A DNA stretch of 63,447 nt, counting the filler, from Reticulomyxa filosa (taxonomy: Eukaryota > Protista > Foraminifera), in NCBI GenBank assembly GCA_000512085.1. It is 19 parts of 19 records of this genome, joined end to end, with 100 filler letters (N's around TTAATTAATTAA, not from the genome) between each part and the next. Parts side by side here need not be neighbours in the genome. Positions count along the whole stretch, not along the records: positions 49,505 to 55,126 come from ASPP01003310.1; positions 55,227 to 57,863 come from ASPP01006617.1; positions 57,964 to 59,172 come from ASPP01036027.1; positions 59,273 to 63,447 come from ASPP01013898.1; 15 more parts are not named here. One strand, 5' to 3'. The translations under genes and the position numbers were made by a program. Under the pieces are notes generated by a model. It saw only the letters and a program-made list of their open reading frames with translations, searched no databases and was not told the DNA's origin. This document shows, piece by piece, positions 51,934 to 63,447 of the stretch. The number at the start of each line of letters is the position of its first letter. The first letter of the stretch is position 1.

Positions 51934-52186
51934 ACTTACTTCACATGTTATTTTCTTGTTCCTCAGTTCTCAAACAAAATACGACGGGTTTTGTTACCAT
52001 TGTTATCAAATTAATGAATAGCGATTGGTCTTATTTATAGCAAGATGACTAATCAATATTTAAAATTGTGTCCTTACATTTTACTTCATTGATTTATTTG
52101 AAGAGTTTGTAATTTCGTAATAAACACAAACCGAATCATAAATTGAACTTAAAATCTCTAAAAAGGGCCTTTTTTTTTTTAATAAA

Positions 52187-53676
52187 TCAGTGTGTTAAAA
52201 CAAACTGAATTAATTGTTCAAAATTTTCGTCTGTATTCCATCTCTTTGCGGCAACCTCAGTACTTCTTAAGAACCAATTGTTCTTACGAACGTCGACCAA
52301 GTGATGTGTTGGTGGCAAGACTCCGTTTTGGGTGATCTTGCGTGTATGACTATTTAAATATAACCACGGCCCAATATCGGGAACGAACACATTCTTATGA
52401 TGGGTATTGGACAACGCAGCATGCAAGCAAAACGTGGACGTACCGCAGATGAGATGTGGAGCATACATCATAGAAGCAAAGTCAGTAACAATATCGTCAT
52501 TTTTGATAAAAAATTGAAGTTTACTTTTGTTTTTTGCATCAGAGCTATTATATCTCTCGCCTAATTTGAAAACCAAGGCATGAACCAAGCGAGAGCATTT
52601 ATCCACGTGTTCACTATCCGCGGACGTGTGTGCACCTGCAGAAGACAGCTGCGAAAGAAAATGAACTGACAGTGGTCGTTGCAGCTGCACGTCATGTTTC
52701 GATTGATTTAAAATCTGATCGAAGCAAAATAGATAATAATTTAAAGTCATAAAGTGGTAGTCACCATGTCCAAACAATATATCACCACACCGAATATGGA
52801 CTGCGATATCATTGTTGCTGTTTCCATTTTTTTATTTTTTTAAATGTTTTTTTTTAAAAAGTAAACAAATAAATAAACAAAAATACTTCTCTCATTTCTT
52901 AATCTATTTTAAACTTTGAAAAAAATTCTAAAAAAATATTTTTTTTCAATTTTTAGACTTTTAAAAAATGTTTAACTTTTTTAATCTCCGTTTTTATTGG
53001 TGTTTTTACTTCTCTTGTTTTAGATGTGAATACACAAAATAATATAAATAAAAACAAAAATAAAATACAATAAAACCATTTTTACTCTAAACGTATGAAA
53101 TAGTTGGTTTTGAAAGATGAAAGACCCTTTTTGGAAATACTTTTGAATAGCTTGGTGAGTATCATTAAAAATGATTTGCATAAAATGTGAATTGTAATAA
53201 GCAAACAATTGAGAACAACTGTGTGATAGCCTTGTGTGAGTTTTCCAATTCAATTCTATTTGTAAAGCCTCTAATTTTCTTTTGAAAGAATTCTTTTTGC
53301 TGTTATTTAGTTTTTTGTCAGTTTTTAAAGCCACTTGTGTCGGCAAATATTTCAGAAATGTATTGTGAACGCGACTGTTCCAGTGAAGCCATGCAGAGTG
53401 CTCCAGCTCAAATGAAGCACTCTTCCAATATGCCACTGCTCGTCCATACCAATAAATTGATAACATGTTGCCCAAACCCATTGTCACTGGCGTCACTCGA
53501 AACGCACTTGTTACCACTTTATTTTCGGATATCTCGTACACTGAGTTACTTAGTAACAAAAAGTCTAAATGTAAGGCCTGGCTCAAGCCTCTGCAGATCA
53601 ATAATACCACACCTAAAATCAAAAAACCCCACAGGCAAGTACGCAAAGCCCTGGATGTAACAAGTGATGGAGGCAT
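52187..53676 (-). CDS. Type II membrane glycosyltransferase, fucosyltransferase-like (GT11/GT23-type motifs)
   Basis: N-terminal TM anchor; GLGNML; DIAVHIRCGD; DFASMMYAPHLICGTSTF; one intron ending at 52818. Confidence 0.65.
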
Positions 53677-53960
53677 TTTCTCGTTATAGACAAATTGTAA
53701 AGTTTTTTTTGGAGGGAAAAGTCACAAAAACCACTTTTGGAAAACAGGAAAGAAAGAGAAGTTTTCTGCCTGTTCATTTAAAAGACACAATATGTTTGGT
53801 TCTAGTAGTTTTTAAAACAAAAAAACTCTGGAACAAAAATTAGTTTCAATTTTAGTCGTTGTTGTGTCTAGTTTTTTTAAGTTGTTACGAGCGTGGGACG
53901 GGAGTGACGAAAATATAGGATTTTTGTTGTCAATTAATATTAAAAACAAAATTGAAATAA

Positions 53961-55126
53961 ATGTCTCATAGTGCTTCAGAAGCGACACAAAACGTGTTAA
54001 ATTTTGTTGAATCATTGCCCATTGTTGACGACGAGAAGGTAACGAACTGTCTTTCCCGTTAATTCACAACTGCAAGAGACCAAATTTCAATAAGAACTTG
54101 GGTTTTGTGTGTAATCTTCAGAAAGAAAGAGATGTGTTACCGAAACACGTTGTCCCCGCTCATTACTTTATTTCGATAACTCCAGATTTGGTTAAGAATT
54201 TTCAGTTCGTGGGTCGGGTTGAAATTGATCTGATTGTAAAAGAAGAAGCGGATCTTATAATTATGAACGCTTTAGACTTGTCTTTTTCCAAAGTCCAATT
54301 AAAAAATGGGACTGACACAGTCGATATTAAGACTAGTGATGTGACCTATAACACCAAAGTTATTTGTTTATATTGAAGGGTTAACATCATCATTTTTCAT
54401 ACACCAGTGAAGACACATATTTTTGTTTTTGGCACAATTAACAAAAGAAACAACAAGTACGCGTCCAACTACCAAAAAAATTGTCTCCAAAAACAACACC
54501 GCAATTGTGTATTGATTATACCGGGATCGTGGGCAACAACCTGAAAGGATTTTATCGCTCCAAGTACCAACGCGGAAGTTAGCACTTTTATTGTTCAGTT
54601 TGCTCCAAATTGTGTGTAATCTTGTTGCAAAAGAGGTTCAGCAAAGGGGGAGCGCCAATGATATTGACATTAAAAAACTCTATAAAATAGATGGTGAGTG
54701 GGCTTACTGTGGTGTTACTCAATTCGAAGCGACTGACGCCCGAAGAGCATTTCCTTGTTGGGATGAGCCAAATGTTAAAGCAACGTTTACTTTGGAGCTG
54801 ACAGTGCCCAATGACTTAGTTTGTTTGTCCAACATGCCAGGTACATATTTTTTTTTAACACAAGAAAGTGAATTTGACCAAACAAAAATCCTTAAAAAAA
54901 TTGTTATAGAAACGGACGTAAAAGTGATGGACTCAATGAAGACAGTGTTGTTTGACAAGACACCGGTAATGTCGACATATTTACTTGCATGGTTTATCGG
55001 TGAATTTGAGTATGTGGAAGCAAAAACAAGCCGTGATATAAAAGTGCGAACATGGGCGAGTGTGGGCAAAAAAGAGATGGGCATTTTTGTCTGTGAAACT
55101 GCGTGTAGATGTTTGGATTTTTATGA
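53961..55126 (+). CDS. M1-family aminopeptidase (puromycin-sensitive type), N-terminal exons
   Basis: [54 protein letters not shown]; start codon tentative. Confidence 0.9.
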
Positions 55127-55369
55127 NNNNNNNNNNNNNNNNNNNNNNNNNNNNNNNNNNNNNNNNNNNNTTAATTAATTAANNNNNNNNNNNNNNNNNN
55201 NNNNNNNNNNNNNNNNNNNNNNNNNNAAAAAAAAAAAAAAAATTAAAAAAAAAAATTAAAAAAAAAAAAGGGAATTTATAAAAATACAAAAACTAAACAA
55301 AAATAAATAAATAAATTTATTTATTTATTTATTTTTGTTTAGTTTGTGAAAATCCACAAAAGCAAGAAA

Positions 55370-56139
55370 TTTCCAAAAGATACTTGGACGAAGACGGAAC
55401 GGTGTCCAAGCCGACGGTGATGTCATCGGCAATGTTCCAAGACTTGACGGTGGTCGGATGTGTGGGCTCGTAGATGCGCACGTTTCCATCGATGACGCAG
55501 CATGCCAGTTTAAGTCCCAGATGGAAGGGTGCAAACTCAATGTCCGTGATCATGGCGCGGAGATTGAGTGATTGTCCGCCCCTTTCGAAACTGAACTTGT
55601 TTTCGCTCGTCGATTGCTTGCCGGATACGCCTCGTTCCTGACGATATGCCACCCCCTCCAACTCCAACTCCTACTCCTACTCCTCCTCCGGATCGGCTGT
55701 TGTTCATCATCGAGTACGAGTTGCGACAACCCGATTCCATTGAATTCGCCACGTACTCAAAGATGCTCAAACTGTTGTCGTTCACCGCACATGCAAAAAT
55801 TGTTCCGAACGATGGGTGTGCCCATGTCACTTGGCGAACGGGAAATTTATTGTCTACTATTCTTTGAAGTTCTTTCCATTCGTCTATTTTTTTTGCAAGG
55901 GAAAGAAATTTTTTTGTTACAATGCATGAAAAAGGACCCCTTTTCCCCCCCCTCCCTTCTCGATGTATATGGTTTTTTCACTCACTTTTTTCTTTTTGCC
56001 AGATTTTTATCGTTTGGTCTCCTGAACAAGTCGCCAACATTTTTCCATAATAATCAAACGCTAGATCATGGATAAGATCATCGTGACCTGTTTCCAAGGT
56101 CTTCAGATGCTCTGAGATATTCAAAGTTGGAAACGTCAT
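55370..56139 (-). CDS. SEH1: Nucleoporin SEH1-like WD40 protein; 3'-partial; one frameshift
   Basis: [30 protein letters not shown]; [10 protein letters not shown]; [16 protein letters not shown]...DGNVRIYE; an extra base near 55559. Confidence 0.8.
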
Positions 56140-56951
56140 GACTATTATCAACTATTCTCACGCCAAAAAATATTTTTTTAAAAAATACTGATACATTGAA
56201 AGCAACCAGAGGCTTGCGTTGGCTTGGTTTTTGTCACTGGTTTTAAAGACATGCTTTTTCTTTATACTTTGTTACAAGTTGCACAAAAATTATACTTCTG
56301 TTGTCTTTATGTTTACAAAGTTGTCTCTAGTGCTAAATAATTATCACTAGCAAATACATTGAAACAACGACAATCATAAAAATACTTTATGTCGGCTATT
56401 AAACAAATAGAATAAGTCTAATGCAATACTGAAAATGAATAAATAAAATGCTCAAAGCGAAATATCATGTAAGATATTTCTAAGAAATAATACATCCATT
56501 TACCATATAACTTGTTATTTTTGTCAATGACAATTTGTAACTTCATTCTTGATTTCTATTACTTTATTTATGTGCCCTTCTAATGTAGTATAATCTTTCA
56601 ATGTTGCTTGTATCTCAATATATACATCATGCTTGGAACATACAATTTAATTTTTATGGGATTGATGAAGTTTTCAATGATTTGTCAAAGAAATTTTTAT
56701 TTTCAAACACAATCAAATTGAATTGTTCTGCTTTTTTTCATGACTGTGACAAAGTAAGGAAATCAAACAATTGAGTTATCAACCAAATTTCAATTGCAAG
56801 TAAAGTAATGTGGCTATACTTATAGGCTAACAAAACCTTAATTTTGAGTTCGTTCAGATTTAAAATTCGTAAAGACAAAATGTGGTGGAAGCATTTTTGT
56901 TAAGTAGTGTCCTTTTTTTAGTTGTTCCATTTGTAATTGGAATAAAAAATT

Positions 56952-57794
56952 ATGCGCGAGATAATTCAGGTGCAAATAGGTCAATGTGGTAATCAGATTG
57001 GTGATGTATTTTGGAAAATGATATGTAAAGAGCATCATTTGCTTGAAGACGGAACTTTTGTTGCAAGTGCAAGCAAACATAACGATGAAATATTGTTGAA
57101 GAAGATTGGTGTATATTTCAAGGAAAGTGAAAGTAGAGCTCAGCAATACGTGCCCCGATCAGTATTGATTGATACAGATTCAGGGACACTTGATTTGATA
57201 AGAACATCACCAACCGGAAGAATGTTTAAGCCAGACATTTGCATTTATGGAAATACAGGAACAAATAACAACTGGGCAAAAGGATATTATACTGAGGGCG
57301 AGCAATTGATTGAAGAATGTGTAGAAGTTGTTAGAAAAGAAGCCGAAGTTTCGAGAGGAAAAAAAAATAAAAAAACTCCATTGTATATATGTGCATATTA
57401 TGTTATCGCAAAATTTTGAAAAAATATATATTTAATATTATTCGATTCAGTCATGTGATTCTCTTCAAGGATTTCAATTGACGCAATCATTAGGAGGTGG
57501 GACAGGAAGTGGTTTGGGAGCATTACTTCAAAAAAAAATCAAAGAAAATTTCGCAGATCGTATGGTGGTCAATTACAGTGTATATCCAAGCCCAAAAGTA
57601 TCCGATGTTGTCGTTGAGCCATATAACGCGATATTGAGTATAGCTGAAATTATTAACAACGATGGTTGCTTTGTGCTTGACAATGAAGCATTGTACAATA
57701 TTGCATATAATGTATTGAAGCAATCAAAGCCAAAATATAAAGAATTGAATTGGGTCATTTCATTGATGATGGCAGGAGCTACATCGTTATTACG
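56952..57794 (+). CDS. TUBB: Divergent beta-tubulin (retarian beta2-type); 3'-partial
   Basis: MREI, QCGNQIG, YVPR, NNWAKG, GGGTGSG, VVEPYN, DNEAL; intron 57348-57450; many substitutions at normally invariant sites. Confidence 0.9.
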
Positions 57795-57963
57795 GTAATG
57801 AGAATTGAGACAAATATGACAAATGGGGGGGGGGGAGGGGAGAGGAAAAAGGAGTGGCTCTTTNNNNNNNNNNNNNNNNNNNNNNNNNNNNNNNNNNNNN
57901 NNNNNNNTTAATTAATTAANNNNNNNNNNNNNNNNNNNNNNNNNNNNNNNNNNNNNNNNNNNN

Positions 57964-59160
57964 TCCACTAAACATATTCTTTTCCAAAGAAAGCATAAAT
58001 AATTCATTCCAATTATAAGAATCACCAAATGGAATAGTCCCACTCAACATATTATTATTGAGTCCTATAATTTGCAAGGATGGTAATATATCCAATTGTG
58101 GTAACTCACCACTCAATCTATATAAAATATATATATATTTTTTTTTTGATATGTAAATCAAATTAATTTTTTTAAAAAAATAACTTATTGTTCCCCAACA
58201 TCAAATATTGTAAACCATTTATATTTTCAATTTCTTTTGGTATTGTACCAGTCAATTTATTTTGAGATAATTTCAAAAGGACCAAATACAATAGATTTCC
58301 AATTTCTACCGGAATTGTGCCAGTCAATTCATTTTGACTGAGAAATAAATATCCCAAATTAACTAGATTTCCAATCTCTTTTGGTATTGTGCCAGAGAGC
58401 CTACAAACAAAAAAGAAAGAAAAAAAAAAAATGTGCACATTTTCTAAAGGAAAAAAAAAAAAAAAAGGCTTACCAATTTTGATCCAAAGCCAAATAATTG
58501 ATTTCGATTAAATTTCCAATTTCTGATGGAATGGTACCATTTAATCTTTTTTATTTTGTATTTTGTACTTGTATAAACATAAATAGTTAAAATATTTTTT
58601 TTTTTCTTTTTTGGTATATTTAACTCATTTCGTCTAAGATATAATACTATTAAATTTGTTAAATTTTTAATTTCTAGTGGTATTGTACCGGTTAAACTAA
58701 TCAATTTCATTGAAAAAGCATATCTATTTTTTGTATTTTAAAAAAAAAAGTAATGCAATATCAAACTCAACTTATTAGCACTCAGATCTAACATCTCTAA
58801 TTTCGTTAAATTTCCGACCTCTTTGGGTATGGAGCCAGATAGCCTTTTTAGATTATTTAAGAATTGCGTTTATTTTGTGCTATGTATAATATAAAACTAA
58901 ACTGATTATTATGCAACGAAAGAGTGTTCAATTCAGTCAAAAGGCCAATTTCTGGAGGGATTGTGCCACTTAGTCTTGAAGTATTCACAAATTGCACAGA
59001 TATGTAGTTTGTTTAAAAAAAAAAAACTTTTCAATATATTTATATATATATATGTACACATATATACGTATATACACATTTCTCAAACTTCATTGAATAC
59101 AGATACAAAAATTGCAAATTGATCAAATTTCCAATCTCTGATGGTATTGTGCCGCTTAAT
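57964..59160 (-). CDS. Plant-type (LxGxIP) LRR protein, internal fragment
   Basis: 24-aa repeats of type LSGTIPxEIGNLxxLxxLxLxxN; exons 59160-59089, 58974-58903, 58843-58772, 58696-58625, 58545-58474, 58400-58185, 58117-57964. Confidence 0.92.
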
Positions 59161-59368
59161 CTTTTTTTTTTTNNNNNNNNNNNNNNNNNNNNNNNNNNNN
59201 NNNNNNNNNNNNNNNNTTAATTAATTAANNNNNNNNNNNNNNNNNNNNNNNNNNNNNNNNNNNNNNNNNNNNATATATATATATATAACAAATGAATATA
59301 TATATATATATATATATATAAGCCCCCTCCCATGTTTTTTAAAAAAAAAAAAAGAGAGAAGGAAATAC

Positions 59369-60434
59369 CATTGTCACTAAGAAAACTCCACAGCTGAACT
59401 GTTCGATCATCACTTGCATAGGCAAAGTACTTTCCATCTTTGCTCCATGCTACTGAAAAAATGGTCCCTTTTCGGTCAGCACAAAACATTACTTTCGACT
59501 TGTTTTCAGTATCATTACGTTTCTTATTCGTTGACGTGATTCTATCATCCAACTCAGTGGAAACTTGATTTATCTCAAATACTTTGTATAGAATTAACTA
59601 TATTATATATACATATATATATGTATATATATTAGTGTACCGTTGTGTAGTTATATGTACACATATATGTACATGTATACGTATGTATATACGTAAAGAC
59701 AAAACGCGGTTATAACAATCTCCTGCAACAACTCTCAAATTGGATCGCTTACTTCCAAAGAATTTTAAACAATATAACATACAATTGTGATCATTTGAAA
59801 TGGTACATTGATATTTTAACGCAGCTGTGATCGCAGTAGCGCCATATTTCAATTGCAAGTCGTATATTGCCACTTGATTTGTGCCAATCCTATTGCAATT
59901 TCGTGTCTATTTTTGTTGTCTGTCTCACTATTCGAACTTGTTTCTTTTTCCAACAACGTACAGTCTAATATCCAGTCATTGACTATTACTGGTGCTTTTA
60001 ACAATCGAAATACCTGCTGAGACTATTTGTTTGTTTTGTTTTGTTTCAGCTTTAATTCACACTTGTACTTTGCATATTCGCCAAATGTGCACAGTAGTCA
60101 ATCTCAAATCCAATAAGGGATTTTATTTAACTTGAGCGTGAAAACAAACTATTTGGAATTCTCTCCCACCACCGCAGATAATTATTTGATACTCTGACGC
60201 ATTGTTTTCATTTTGATTATTTGTACTTGGAAAGTTGACAGGGAAGCATTCAATTACATGAATTTTATTGCGTGACAAAATACGGTGCTGAGAAAGATAA
60301 CGTCCGGTGCTGGCGTCGAAGAATGTCAGATATGATCCTTCTCCAGCCACCAAAAATCTTCCATGTTCGATGAATTTCAAAGCAGTTACTTCACTTTTGC
60401 AATTCAATTTGACAAGATTCGACATGGATAGCAT
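59369..60434 (-). CDS. WDR6: WDR6/Trm734-like WD40 protein, N-terminal exons
   Basis: EVTALKF...LVAGEGSYL; HNCMLYC...VVAGD; KGTIFSVAWS...YASDDRTVQLW. Confidence 0.65.
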
Positions 60435-60683
60435 GAATTATTATTGGGAAGCTTTTGCTTTTGTCTTTCCCTTCGCCAAACAAATATTTCCATAACTAAG
60501 CAGTGTGTAAATGTTTTTGTAGTTGTTATTCGAGGTTGTTTTTCTCAAGAGTACTGATTTTTGTGTAGTGCTTGAAAATATCGAGTCACAATTAAGTTTA
60601 AGGCCGTTTTTTTTTGTAGTGACAACAAATCTACTGGTGTTTAAGCGTCAGTTCAAAATTGATTTTCATCCTTTATATTTGTC

Positions 60684-63379
60684 ATGTCTTCCCCGGTGTC
60701 GTCAAATGATTTCCCCTTGAACACATCGTACAAAGTACTGGCCGACATCACGGGTACTGTCGAGGCCGGTTTTGCAAGAAGAAACGTGATATGTTTGGGA
60801 ACGTTTAACACCATAGTGGTATGCTCAATTCAAAGCAAGATATTTGAGAAGAAAAGAGAGAGAGGAGTTGTAACACATAAAAAAAAGCCGACAATAAAAA
60901 GTTTGTTGTTATGTTGTAAATGTTTGTTTGTGCGCCAATGGAATGTCGCAAACGAACATGCCAGACATTTTGGCAATTTTGGAATGGATTCAAACGCAAA
61001 CAAACATTAAAATCACTTCCAAAAGACGTAAATCTAAGAGTATTTCGAGACGTTGTACAAGAAACAACAGATCCACAACAATGTAAAAAATGACGTAAAA
61101 ATAATATTTTGATTAAAAGCGAAACGAAAACCCAAACAAACAAACAAACAAAAAAAGGGTGTGGAGAGACGTGGTCAGCAAGATTATGTTCAGAAACGGA
61201 CAATCAAATGACAGACGCCATTATTAAAATTTGTGTTCAATTTGCATCAGAGCAACTGTCACGAATGATGGTAAAAAAAAAAAAAAAAAAAAATCAAACA
61301 AAAAAATTTATAATTTTTTTTTAAAGAAACATATGATACACATTAAGGCAGCCTCTCAGAATTACAAATTGCATATGTATATATTGTGAGAGTGCGCCTA
61401 TATAAGCTCGTATGGACTGTGTATGTGTGCATACGCAAGTAAATATAAATATAAATATAAATACAAATAATATAAATATAATCTCTATTACAAAATGATG
61501 CTAAGAATGGTGTAACATTCATGCGACGTGCCAACGGAGACGTTACTGCATACAAAGTCGAAATCTGGCTGGAGAAGGGCCTTCCTGAAACAGTGCGTCG
61601 GTTAAATGATATCTTAAAAAAATTTTGTGTAAGCGATACTATTGCTGTGGTTGCTCATGGATCGCGCACAAGCGGCAGAATTGGAAGTTGTGCAATTTTT
61701 TTTGTTTTTTTGGTTTCTTTTTGTGTAATTCTTTCCTAGCCTAACTAAAAAAAAAAAAAAGCAATGGCGGACATTTTTTTTTTTGTGAAACGTATACTAT
61801 ACTTTTTTTTTTTGTATGAACGATAAACAAAAACGCACACATTGAAGGAGGGGGGGAGGGAAAAACAAGTGTAATGAGAAAACGTGTACGTATAATTTGG
61901 TTGTTTTTGTGTTTGGAAGCTATACACGAACCAGAGACGCGTTATCGCGTTAAACATTTTGAAGGCTTTGAAAAGACTGTTGGTGTACAAAAGATGCCCA
62001 AAGACTTGTTGATGGCTGACTTGCAATCGTTGTTTGCCCCAGTTTTGCATTTTGTTTGTGTGTGCTTTATATGTCTTCCTCCCCCCCTCCCCTCTCCTCC
62101 CTTGCTTTATATGGTTCAACTGTAAAATGATTTTGGCTGATTGTCGGTGGGTAAAAAAAAAAAAAAAAAAAAGATACCCGAGTCATCGGTGATAAAAGTG
62201 TCAGGCCGAAAAAAAAAGAACAAAAACAAGGGAACGTCATCGGAGAACAGCCATGGAGAAGGGCAAGAGAAAAATAGCAATGACCAGATAAGTGAACATG
62301 AAGATCTAGACAACAGCAACAGCAACAGCAACAGTAACAGTAACAGTAACAGTAACAGCCATAGTCACAGTTACAGCAATAACAATAATAATCACAATGA
62401 TCTAACATTCGATTTGAAAAGCAATACGGATCGAACGACACCTCATACCGAGCCAATGCAATCTTCTGCGTTGGGCGCAAATTCGACAAGCACTGCCACA
62501 CCCACCCAAGGGAAAACCATAACCACGGGTACATCTTCTCCGGGCAATCGGACTCAGTCGCAAACACAACTTGATGCAACATTGCGCAATCAAGTGCGTC
62601 AACAGTTTGGAAACCTTCCCGGCTATGAAACCACTGTAGTTGATATATTAGATCCAAAGTGGCAGCAAATCCTGGCTTATGAGGGGTGTCCGTTGTGCCT
62701 GCGAAATGAACCATTGGGACAATCTCCTTCAAAAAGACAGCTCCAAACAAAAGATGGACAACCAAGTGCCAAATTATCAAAACAAGGAACCGGCACAAGT
62801 GATTGCAAGCAAAAGCTTGACAAGAATGGGAACAGCCACATGATGGACAAATCGGGCCATGTTGTTGTAACCCACAGTAGTGGCAAAGGCAATACTCATT
62901 CAAATGAAGATGACATTGAACATGAATATGAATATGAACATGAACATGAGCTTGAGCTTGAATATGGACGTGAACATGGGCCTTGGGTCATTGTGAAATG
63001 CAAATTATTGAGTTGTCAACATGTCATGCATTCGGCCTGCGTTGCAAATGCTTCCAATGTCACATTGAAGTCTTTCCATTCTTCTTCTTTTTTCAGGTTA
63101 GTGAGAACTTGTCGATATGCATATATGTGTACACAATTAAACTGACCCTGGAATATGAAGGGGAAAAAAATAAAATCTCATTTTATCATTTCATCGTTGT
63201 TGTTGAAACATAATAGAACATTGAGTGCTCGAAACGAAGAAGACGAGTTTGTAATGTCGTCCAAAGATCCCTTGATTCGATACATTGCAATTCGCTTTCA
63301 GGTCAACCATTTATTGTCGGATAAGTCAGGAGAAGAAATTATTGATTTGAATCGTATTCCGACAAGATGGCATCAAAAG
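60684..63379 (+). CDS. Multi-exon protein with low-complexity tracts and a split RING-H2-like finger; 3'-partial
   Basis: Exon chain from ATG 60684; CPLC...(~95 aa insert)...LLSCQHVMHSACV. Confidence 0.5.
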
Positions 63380-63447
63380 TTTGTTTCATAACAAATAAAA
63401 TTGCATTTTCAAAATATGTGACCACTATTCTTATTCTTATTCTTATT

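Noticed and set aside
1-63447. tRNA, rRNA, prokaryotic operons or defence islands
   Set aside because: None recognisable by eye; the genes are intron-containing and eukaryotic. A tRNAscan/Infernal run would be needed to exclude small RNAs.

Overview
AT-rich eukaryotic genomic DNA with short spliceosomal GT-AG introns. The window is not one locus. It is 19 unrelated draft contigs joined by 18 artificial 100-nt spacers (44 N + TTAATTAATTAA + 44 N), so adjacency across spacers means nothing. A strongly divergent beta-tubulin, RING/TRAF-WD40 paralogues, many intron-bearing pseudogenes and homopolymer-rich introns point to a foraminiferan, most likely Reticulomyxa filosa-like (inference). Housekeeping genes or fragments: SDR, P4H, PDCD2L/TSR4, APC2-like, M1 aminopeptidase, SEH1, WDR6, beta-tubulin. 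Signalling and cytoskeleton: two 7TM-like proteins, a GRK-like N-terminus, PH proteins, a PH-formin and kinases. Immunity- or conflict-type genes: an ADP-ribosyltransferase with a C-STS-ExE signature, an RNF213-like RZ-finger E3, LRRs built from 72-nt symmetric exons, and RING-TRAF-WD40 and HWIR-motif WD40 paralogues. Mobile DNA: a short-LTR retrotransposon family (one PPT/protease/gag remnant plus four clustered solo LTRs, three with 4-bp TSDs), a Foldback-like element and a long-TIR MITE. The most unusual cross-cutting signal is intron structure: many introns have GTT donors, T-rich 5' halves and an A-tract rather than a pyrimidine tract before the AG. All homology calls come from motif recognition by eye; no searches were run.
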